A DNA stretch of 39,269 nt from a virus. The notes under the pieces are model-generated. The model was not told the origin of the DNA. It ran no database searches and saw only the letters and a program-made list of their open reading frames with translations. The translations under genes and the position numbers were made by a program. This document shows positions 33,906 through 39,269 of this stretch, piece by piece (the stretch's first letter is position 1; each line of letters opens with the position of its first letter). The stretch is taken from IMG/VR virus record IMGVR_UViG_3300045988_084518; one strand, written 5' to 3'.

Positions 33906-34256
33906 TTAATCCTGTATAGTTGTGGTGGTGGTTGGGTCTCCGTCTCTGACGGGGGCCTTTCTTTTTTTGTACTCCTCCTGCTGGCGGCGGATGCAGCGCA
34001 GCACCCAGTTGGAAAAGTTCCCGTAGCCCATCTCGATGAGCTGCCGGCGGAATTCCGCCATGTCCACGAAACCGTTTGGAACGCAGACATGGAGGTTATA
34101 CACATCCCGCTTTGGCCGCTTCTTCGAAATCAGCGCCTGTGCTTCCGGTGTCCGCTTAACGCCGTAGTATTCGGGTCGCTTGCACATACTGTCGAGGGGC
34201 TTCGAGTAGCCGGGAAAAACGCTCCTGATGGCTTCGATGCGCTCGTTCTGGTTCAT
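33906..34256 (-). CDS. Hypothetical early protein (116 aa)
   Basis: ATG 34256 in an ATGA overlap with the upstream small ORF. No recognised motif. Confidence 0.5.
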   Translation of the reverse strand: MNQNERIEAIRSVFPGYSKPLDSMCKRPEYYGVKRTPEAQALISKKRPKRDVYNLHVCVPNGFVDMAEFRRQLIEMGYGNFSNWVLRCIRRQQEEYKKRKAPVRDGDPTTTTTIQD

Positions 34257-34363
34257 CCGGGACACACCCCCATCAGGATGACCAACCAGCCGACCATGCT
34301 GGCCAAGGCCGTGAGCATATACAGCGCTTCCTTCAGGAATTCGATCACTTCTTTACGCTTCAT
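34253..34363 (-). CDS. Small membrane peptide (36 aa)
   Basis: ATG 34363 with GGAGG 6 nt upstream. MKRKEVIEFLKEALYMLTALASMVGWLVILMGVCPG contains one TM helix. Confidence 0.4.
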   Translation of the reverse strand: MKRKEVIEFLKEALYMLTALASMVGWLVILMGVCPG

Positions 34364-34592
34364 CTTGCACCTCCGGCAGTTCGGGGAGAGGCGCCCACCA
34401 AGCAACCTCGATGGCGTTCTCGATGGCGTTCTCGGTGCAGTCCTCGTATACATTGAAAAGCTGATGCTTTACAGAGAACGAAATTTGCATGATGGCACCG
34501 GTAGCGGTGCGGCACAGGTAGCTCCCGTCCTTCGAGGGCTTGACCTCGGCTGCGTTGAACCATTGAATGAAAGTGTTGTGGGTGAAATTCAT
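34353..34592 (-). CDS. DUF551-like early protein (79 aa)
   Basis: AAGGAGG RBS. The W..A.EVKPSKDGSYLC...VAWWAPLPELPE pattern matches my recollection of DUF551. Confidence 0.4.
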   Translation of the reverse strand: MNFTHNTFIQWFNAAEVKPSKDGSYLCRTATGAIMQISFSVKHQLFNVYEDCTENAIENAIEVAWWAPLPELPEVQDEA

Positions 34593-34602
34593 ATTATCCT
34601 CC

Positions 34603-34812
34603 TTAACTTAACCATCTTGCGAGGCTTGCTGCCGAAATGAAGTAGTTGCCTCGTTTGCTTGTTCTCTTTAACGGGATGTCGCTGCTCATCAGTTGTCGGT
34701 AGCCCATCCCTGTGTACTGCAGTACATCACTTAATGTGAGTACCTCTTTGCCCGGAAACCTCGTCATGACTGCTTCGAGGTTGTCCCGGTAGCTCTCCTT
34801 TTCTCTTGGCAT
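34603..34812 (-). CDS. Excisionase-like / MerR-type HTH DNA-binding protein (69 aa)
   Basis: AAAGGAGG RBS. Contains LTLSDVLQYTGMGYRQL...YFISAASLARWL. Confidence 0.4.
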   Translation of the reverse strand: MPREKESYRDNLEAVMTRFPGKEVLTLSDVLQYTGMGYRQLMSSDIPLKRTSKRGNYFISAASLARWLS

Positions 34813-34835
34813 TTGTTCCTCCTTTGTGGTATCCT
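34806..34835 (+). promoter_or_regulatory. Candidate plus-strand promoter antisense to the early operon (TTGGCA-18-TGgTATCCT)
   Basis: -35 at 34806-11, TGg at 34827-29 and -10 at 34830-35. It lies just upstream of the RBS/ATG at 34859. Confidence 0.35.
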
Positions 34836-34858
34836 CTCATTGGAGAGGAGGTGAGACG

Positions 34859-35071
34859 ATGAAAACCGTTTATGCAATCGATACGCCATGCTTGCGCGAT
34901 GCCGGTGCCGTTCGCAGATGCTACCTGTACAGCCTGTCCGATGGCGGCATTGACATCCTTGCATCTAATGGCTGCGAGGATTGCTCTGGGAGCCCTCTGT
35001 GTGCCGATTGCGGAATTCGGATTCGCAAGGCTTTTCAAGAGCATCCTGAACGCTTTTCGGAGGTGGTGTAG
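34859..35071 (+). CDS. Possible Cys-rich 70-aa protein encoded antisense within the early region
   Basis: GGAGAGGAGGTGAGACG-ATG. Translates to MKTVYAIDTPCLRD...CEDCSGSPLCADCG... It overlaps the 3' 107 nt of the minus-strand gene 34965-35234, so one of the two may be spurious. Confidence 0.4.
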   Translation: MKTVYAIDTPCLRDAGAVRRCYLYSLSDGGIDILASNGCEDCSGSPLCADCGIRIRKAFQEHPERFSEVV

Positions 35072-35234
35072 CGCCGTTCTGCTCCAACAGCGTAACTGCC
35101 ATGCCAAATGCCTTCGAGTACGGCAGCACACTTCCCTCCAGCTCCTTGGCTACGGTGTTCGCCGCACCGTGGTCGAGGAGTATTTTTGCGTGCCACAGAA
35201 CGAGGTGTGCGAGTTCGAGGTCTTCCTTATTCAT
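34965..35234 (-). CDS. Hypothetical early protein (89 aa), second gene of the cro operon
   Basis: ATG 35234 overlaps the cro stop (ATGAATAA), with GGAGGGAGGAG upstream. The first ~65 aa look helical; the tail looks unstructured. Confidence 0.5.
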   Translation of the reverse strand: MNKEDLELAHLVLWHAKILLDHGAANTVAKELEGSVLPYSKAFGMAVTLLEQNGATPPPKSVQDALEKPCESEFRNRHTEGSQSNPRSH

Positions 35235-35430
35235 CTCCTCCCTCCTTTTCCTTAATGAGCTCGTCCAGCGCAGCCATGAACCGCTGTTCGGCGTTCTTCG
35301 GGCTTCTGTGACCGTTAAGCACCATGCAGACATACGCCTTGGTCACGCCAAGCCTTTCGGCAAGCTGTGTCATGGTCACCCTGTTATTGTGCATCTTGCC
35401 AACCATGTCGCCAGTCCATTGTGCAGGCAT
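35227..35430 (-). CDS. Cro-like XRE-family HTH regulator (67 aa)
   Basis: Start at ATG 35430 (AAAGGAGG 9 nt upstream). Contains VTMTQLAERLGVTKAYVCMVLNGHRSP. Divergent from the cI-like gene. Confidence 0.7.
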   Translation of the reverse strand: MPAQWTGDMVGKMHNNRVTMTQLAERLGVTKAYVCMVLNGHRSPKNAEQRFMAALDELIKEKEGGDE

Positions 35431-35683
35431 CCAAACTGCCCTCCTTTCTTTAATTTTTTGTTGCAAAAGTTTACACAAAGTGATATCATGTTGTTGAGAG
35501 AAACATGAATATTCGGCATCCGTGATGCCCGCTTTGTGTTGCACTTGTTGCCCCATAACCACATTGTACAGTAAACAAACGCAACAATCAATAGAAAAGT
35601 GTTGCCTTCGTTTACTTTCTCCGTTTTGCACAAAAAGGTGGTGTTGCTTTTGTTCTACATTAACTATGTTGCGTTGTGCAACA
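35431..35683. promoter_or_regulatory. Genetic-switch region with 8 copies of TGTTGC/GCAACA and the palindrome GGCATC-CGT-GATGCC
   Basis: TGTTGC at 35459, 35537, 35546, 35600, 35642 and 35667; GCAACA at 35581 and 35678. The palindrome is at 35515-29. Candidate promoters are weak (for example TTGTTG-16-TACAGT at 35545-72 on the plus strand; TGaTATCAC on the minus strand). Confidence 0.55.
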
Positions 35684-35967
35684 AAATAGGCAAGTCCCCA
35701 TCTGCTGTTGCAGAAGAAATGGGGTTTATGCGCTCTGTTGTAACAAGATGGAGCAAGGGCTCCGTACCAAGGCAAGCAACCCTCCAAAAGGTCGCAGACT
35801 ATTTCGGCATCACCGTTGACGAGCTTTTGGGCAAAGAAAAACAGCCCACCGAAGGTGAGCTGTCCGGGATCCGGAAAGACCTTATGGATTTCGCAGATAC
35901 TTTGACAGATGAGAAAATTGAGAAATATCTTCGTCTAATGAAAACTTTAGAATCCGAAGATATTTAA
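35650..35967 (+). CDS. cI-like XRE-family repressor (about 105 aa), non-ATG start
   Basis: HTH KIGKSPSAVAEEMGFMRSVVTRWSKGSVPRQATLQKVADYFGITVDELLG. There is no in-frame ATG upstream of the HTH. TTG 35650 lies 8 nt after AAGGTGGTG; GTG 35638/35641 are alternatives. No S24 peptidase domain. Confidence 0.6.
   Translation: MFYINYVALCNKIGKSPSAVAEEMGFMRSVVTRWSKGSVPRQATLQKVADYFGITVDELLGKEKQPTEGELSGIRKDLMDFADTLTDEKIEKYLRLMKTLESEDI
35923..35965. other. AT-rich hairpin spanning the 3' end of the repressor gene
   Basis: 11-bp perfect arms AAATATCTTCG / CGAAGATATTT plus inner TCTAA/TTAGA pairing. Confidence 0.5.
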
Positions 35968-36068
35968 CAAGCTGCTCGTCAGACATCCGTTCCACCGCTT
36001 TTTTGAATTCCTCCTTTTTCTCCATTGGTGTTCCTCCTCTTTTGTCGATAATTGTCAAATAAAAATCC

Positions 36069-36097
36069 TTCCAAATTCAGCATGTATTTGGTACAAT
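36069..36097 (+). promoter_or_regulatory. Promoter of the accessory lysogeny genes (TTCCAA-17-TGgTACAAT)
   Basis: -35 at 36069-74, TGg at 36089-91 and -10 at 36092-97. Same TGGTACAAT element as the island promoter at 23672-80. Confidence 0.45.
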
Positions 36098-36130
36098 TCA
36101 ATTGTAACAAATTGCATGACCAATGTATAC

Positions 36131-36165
36131 TGACAAATGTTGCGGTTTGGGCGTCAAATTTGTCA
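36131..36165. promoter_or_regulatory. Inverted repeat TGACAAAT-N19-ATTTGTCA in the 5' leader of the HTH-TM gene
   Basis: 8-bp perfect arms at 36131-38 and 36158-65. A related ATTGTCAA lies at 36051-58. Confidence 0.4.
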
Positions 36166-36213
36166 TGCTTTACGGACAAAAGTGCCCGGTAACAAAAAAC
36201 AGGAGATGAGTTT

Positions 36214-36624
36214 GTGAATTTTGACGAAGATAAGAATTGGGAAAACTTTTTGCTGGAGGTAGCCACAAAACGGCAGGAGCAGGGAATGACCCACAAGGAT
36301 TTAGCCGACAATGCCGGAACGGTTGAGAGGACGATCTCCCGGCTGCTTTCGGAGCCGACCAAAAACCCAAGCCTTTTTCTCGTAGCTTCCGTCTGCCAAG
36401 CGCTGCACATATCTCTCGACAAGCATTTTGTTAAGGAAGTCTATAGCAAAGCCGACAGCCAGAGCAGCGAAGAAATGATAGAGGTGCTGAAAGAGCAGGT
36501 GCGCCAGCGCAGGAAGCTGTCCAAAACACTTTTTGCAGTTATTTTTGCCCTGCTGGCAATGATGATTTTATACCTCGTCCTAATCGATGCAAATAACCTT
36601 AACTATGGTTTAATTCGGGATTAA
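36214..36624 (+). CDS. Membrane-anchored XRE-type HTH protein (136 aa; N-terminal HTH, C-terminal TM)
   Basis: GTG start with AGGAG 8 nt upstream. HTH GMTHKDLADNAGTVERTISRLLS. C-terminal TM LFAVIFALLAMMILYLVLI. Confidence 0.65.
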   Translation: MNFDEDKNWENFLLEVATKRQEQGMTHKDLADNAGTVERTISRLLSEPTKNPSLFLVASVCQALHISLDKHFVKEVYSKADSQSSEEMIEVLKEQVRQRRKLSKTLFAVIFALLAMMILYLVLIDANNLNYGLIRD

Positions 36625-36641
36625 GAACAGATGTTCTTTCC
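36623..36641 (+). terminator. Weak hairpin/attenuator after the HTH-TM gene
   Basis: AAGAACA-GA-TGTTCTT followed by TCC. Short loop and poor U-tract. Confidence 0.3.
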
Positions 36642-36692
36642 AAATATAATCGTACCGAATTGGAAGTACAATAAAAAGGACTGATAGAACCG

Positions 36693-37073
36693 ATGAGGAA
36701 AATCGCTATATTTTTGCTTCTGCTTGTATTACTATCCATCCCGGCAGCAGCACACAGCGGCGGTACCGATAAGTATGGTGGCCACATCGATCACTCCACA
36801 GGCGAATATCACTACCACCACGGGTACCCCGCTCATCAGCACGATGGCGGTGTGTGCCCGTATAATTATGTCGATAAATCAGGCAGCACCAGCGGGAGCA
36901 GCGGGAGCGGTAAAGGCAGCGGAAGTGCTGTAAAGGCACCGCCGGCCAAAAAGCAAAGCAAGGACGAGCAAGACAGCGGGTTATCGACAGGCGTATTCGT
37001 AACGCTGTCTATTATAGGCGTGTTTGCGCTCGCCGGAGCGGTTGAGAAGCACATCGGCAAGGGGGACAAGTAA
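36693..37073 (+). CDS. Secreted, membrane-anchored YHYH-motif His-rich protein (126 aa)
   Basis: Signal-like N-terminus MRKIAIFLLLLVLLSIPAAA. HSGGTDKYGGHIDHSTGEYHYHHGYPAHQH. Ser/Gly linker. C-terminal TM GVFVTLSIIGVFALAGA. Confidence 0.65.
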   Translation: MRKIAIFLLLLVLLSIPAAAHSGGTDKYGGHIDHSTGEYHYHHGYPAHQHDGGVCPYNYVDKSGSTSGSSGSGKGSGSAVKAPPAKKQSKDEQDSGLSTGVFVTLSIIGVFALAGAVEKHIGKGDK

Positions 37074-37076
37074 AAT

Positions 37077-37100
37077 ACCGCCCCCGGCAACGAGGGCGGT
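37077..37100 (+). other. Hairpin between accessory genes
   Basis: ACCGCCC-N10-GGGCGGT. No U-tract follows. Confidence 0.35.
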
Positions 37101-37121
37101 TAATAACAGGAGGAGAAAACA

Positions 37122-38015
37122 ATGTTGGACAATGAAAAGCCAAGCGGAAACAATCAAGAGTATGAGAGAGGTTCTGTAGGGATTATAACAGCAAAGACTG
37201 TAAAGGGAAACTTGAAGTTGATTGGTCTTTCAATCGCTGGACTTGTCGTCATCTTTTGCATCGCAGCCTTTGTCGAAGTGAGTGGGATCGTATACGACAT
37301 GATGATAGGCGCAGCAGCAGGCTCCGGGATTTCAATTATCTATGCTGTTTGTAAAATCATCAGCATAACGGCAAAAAGCAAGGTAAAGTTTATCGCCGAC
37401 CTTGAAGAGAAGAAGGTGCAAAAGAACGAGCAGATGGAGAGGGAAGCAAAGGTAAAGGCGGTCGAAGATGCGAGACGGAAATTGCACGACTTGGTCGTGA
37501 TGCAAGGGAAACTAAAAAACTATTGTGAATCCGGCATAATAAGTGAAGCTGAAATGAAGAGTACGAGCGAAAAGCTCACGGTAGACATCGCAGAGGCAGA
37601 GGCCGAATTGAATGCCTTGGAGGAGAGAGTTGAGGAGAAACCACAGCATGTGGGGGAAATTCGAAAGGTAAAAGTCACGCCGATAAGAGTTTCTCCGGGA
37701 AAGTCAACAGATAAGAAAAACGCAACGGCAGAGAGCACAAAGAATAAAAAGAATATTCTAACATATTCGCTTGCCGCTTTGTGCCTTGCCCTCGGCATTT
37801 TGTGCGTTTATCAGGGAATACAGATAGCTGATCTCACGGGGAAGGCGCTCCCGTGGGAGACAAATAGAACTGTTCTCGTTACAGCGTATGGTTATGTGGA
37901 CAGCAGGTATCATAACGGGAATTGCGCCTTGAGCAAAAAGAATGTGATGAGAAAGATGTCGGAAAAGGAAGCCATATCGAGCGGGTATAAAAAGTGCCAC
38001 GCTTGCTTTGGTTGA
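37122..38015 (+). CDS. Three-TM coiled-coil membrane protein with a C-terminal His/Cys domain (297 aa)
   Basis: GGAGGAG RBS. TM helices at about aa 33-55, 60-82 and 213-235. A K/E coiled coil lies between them. C-terminus is YVDSRYHNGNC...SGYKKCHAC. Confidence 0.6.
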   Translation: MLDNEKPSGNNQEYERGSVGIITAKTVKGNLKLIGLSIAGLVVIFCIAAFVEVSGIVYDMMIGAAAGSGISIIYAVCKIISITAKSKVKFIADLEEKKVQKNEQMEREAKVKAVEDARRKLHDLVVMQGKLKNYCESGIISEAEMKSTSEKLTVDIAEAEAELNALEERVEEKPQHVGEIRKVKVTPIRVSPGKSTDKKNATAESTKNKKNILTYSLAALCLALGILCVYQGIQIADLTGKALPWETNRTVLVTAYGYVDSRYHNGNCALSKKNVMRKMSEKEAISSGYKKCHACFG

Positions 38016-38030
38016 TGGAGGCATACGAGG

Positions 38031-39179
38031 ATGCTCTGTAAGAAGTGCAAAAAGGAATTACAGGATGATTGGCTCTACTGCCCTTGGTGCGGTTTGAACG
38101 CAAAAAAGCCGCCAAAGCAGACGATGTACCGCAGGAAGGACGGCCTGTACGAGAAGAAGGTCACGATAGACGGCAAAAGAATAGCGTTTCGTGCCAAAAC
38201 GGAAAGGGAAGTAATCCAGAAAATCGCTGCATATTCAGCTGATGCAAAAAGTGAAACAACAGCTCTGTTCAAGAAGTATGCGGAAGACTTGGAACGGTCT
38301 TGGGACGAGCTTGCATATAACACCCTGCGAAGCTATAAGCCTGCGCTGAAAAGATGTGTCGATTACTTCGGGGATATGCCTGTCGGGGACATCACGCCGT
38401 ATAGCATCTCCCTGTTCCTCTCCAAGATGGCCACCACCTATTCGCAGAAGACGATAAAAAACCACTTGAGCATGATTTCGCAGACGCTCGATCTCGCAGT
38501 CATGAATAATGAGATCGCCACAAACCCCGCATCCATCAAGTATAAGCCGACCGGGAAGAAGCCGGTCAAGCGCAAGGAGGCCGCCGAGCAGTACGCCGAA
38601 GTCATCAGACAATACTGGGGCGAAAGCCTGTACTCATGGCTGGCGTACTTCCTACTGAACACTGGTCTGCGAAAAGGCGAGGCGCTGGCTCTCCAGTACA
38701 GGGACATCGATATGGAGGAAAACATCATCTCCGTTTCCAAGAGTGTGTACTTCATCAGCGATAACCCTTACATCAAGGAGCCGAAGACCTCCGCCGGGAT
38801 ACGGCTGGTTATCCTCCCGCTGTGCGTGAAGGAAAAGCTGAAGCCAGGCAAGCCGAATGATTATATCTTCTCCACGGGTGGGAAACCACTGCACGAGCAT
38901 CAGATCGATGCCGGATGGGATAGGTTCTGCAAGGCTCACGACATGGGCGAATGGATAAAAGGTGCAGGAGGAAAAAACCGATTCAAACCGGCGGTCACCT
39001 TCCACCAGCTCCGGCACTACTACGCCACCAAAGGCTCGGAACTTGGCATACCACGAGAAGTCATGACAGAGCTGATGGGGCATTCCTCTTATATCGTTAC
39101 GGAAAACTACACACATATTCGAAAGGCTGCGCTGCAATCCGCTGCGGAAAAAATCAATGGCACAGAAATGGCACAGTGA
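38031..39179 (+). CDS. int: Tyrosine recombinase / phage integrase with an N-terminal zinc ribbon
   Basis: CKKC...CPWC at the N-terminus. SAM-like core-binding region. Catalytic pattern LRKGEALAL (R), HQLRHYYAT (HxxR), GHSS (H) and ENYTH (Y). Adjacent to attR. Confidence 0.92.
   Translation: MLCKKCKKELQDDWLYCPWCGLNAKKPPKQTMYRRKDGLYEKKVTIDGKRIAFRAKTEREVIQKIAAYSADAKSETTALFKKYAEDLERSWDELAYNTLRSYKPALKRCVDYFGDMPVGDITPYSISLFLSKMATTYSQKTIKNHLSMISQTLDLAVMNNEIATNPASIKYKPTGKKPVKRKEAAEQYAEVIRQYWGESLYSWLAYFLLNTGLRKGEALALQYRDIDMEENIISVSKSVYFISDNPYIKEPKTSAGIRLVILPLCVKEKLKPGKPNDYIFSTGGKPLHEHQIDAGWDRFCKAHDMGEWIKGAGGKNRFKPAVTFHQLRHYYATKGSELGIPREVMTELMGHSSYIVTENYTHIRKAALQSAAEKINGTEMAQ
39157..39176 (+). repeat. 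Tandem ATGGCACAG-AA-ATGGCACAG, 11-bp period: putative integrase arm-type sites (right arm)
   Basis: Same 9-mer pair as 131-150. It lies in the last codons of int, 39 bp from the att repeat. Confidence 0.5.
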
Positions 39180-39214
39180 ATACGAAATCCCTATTGATTG
39201 CTTGGTTTTTTTAT

Positions 39215-39269
39215 GGTTCGAATCCCTTCGGGTCCACCATATCACAAACCAGCAGAAATGCTGGTTTTT
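39215..39269 (+). repeat. attR: copy 2 of the 55-bp direct repeat (orphan tRNA/tmRNA 3' fragment + terminator)
   Basis: Identical to 1-55. It is preceded by phage sequence TTTTTTTAT, which cannot complete a T-stem. Confidence 0.9.

Larger units (their letters stand above)
1..39269. mobile_element. Complete integrated temperate phage (prophage), attL to attR
   Basis: Perfect 55-bp direct repeat at both window ends. A tyrosine integrase sits next to the right repeat. Full packaging, head, fibre, lysis, replication/recombination and lysogeny gene sets lie in between. Confidence 0.92.

Noticed and set aside
33273-34640. 455-codon plus-strand ORF with WLRS/CRCWW repeats
   Set aside because: It is the antisense reading of the 27-bp tandem repeat plus downstream genes. 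The repetitive Trp/Cys/Arg composition and the lack of an RBS mark it as spurious.
35431-35787. N-terminal extension of the cro-like ORF (186 codons in the track) and the GTG 35599 start of the cI-like ORF
   Set aside because: The extensions cross the divergent promoter/operator region, have junk-like composition and lack SDs. Internal starts at 35430 (ATG, AAAGGAGG) and about 35650 (TTG after AAGGTGGTG) fit the HTH domain boundaries.

Overview
The window holds one complete integrated temperate phage (about 39.2 kb) running exactly from attL to attR. The ends are a perfect 55-bp direct repeat (1-55 = 39215-39269). It consists of the last 25 nt of a tRNA/tmRNA-like gene (GGTTCGAATCC...GGGTCCACCA) plus that gene's hairpin/T5 terminator. 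A tyrosine integrase reads toward the right repeat. There are four transcription blocks. (1) Minus-strand late operon 23623->187: metallophosphoesterase, terS, terL, portal, scaffold, major capsid, unassigned structural genes, collagen-like fibre, two paralogous Kelch-type beta-propeller proteins, an XkdX/XhlA-like + holin + Amidase_3 lysis cassette, then a 255-aa protein and a 2457-aa multi-domain giant. (2) A plus-strand three-gene island 23740-24966 with its own promoter, operator-like palindrome and bidirectional terminator. (3) Minus-strand early operon 35430->25078: Cro-like, Xis-like, many small Cys-rich proteins, a 27-bp-repeat protein, Rad52-type annealase, SSB, replisome organiser with ori-like iterons, G39P-like loader, DNA methyltransferase, RusA and a sigma-r4-like late regulator, ending in a phage tRNA-Thr(UGU). 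(4) Plus-strand lysogeny block 35650-39179: cI-like repressor, three membrane-associated accessory genes, integrase. Strong GGAGG ribosome-binding sites, frequent ATGA/TGATG translational coupling and the lysis gene types point to a Gram-positive, probably clostridial, host (inference). No tape measure, tube or sheath gene is recognisable. The best candidates for something new are: the AT-rich membrane-protein trio between repressor and integrase; the self-contained plus-strand acr/aca-style island; a G10 homopolymer at the 5' end of one of two alternative Kelch-type fibre genes; and the giant polyvalent-type protein (HExxH peptidase + ART-like segment) placed after the lysis cassette. All functional calls come from motif recognition by eye; no database search was run.
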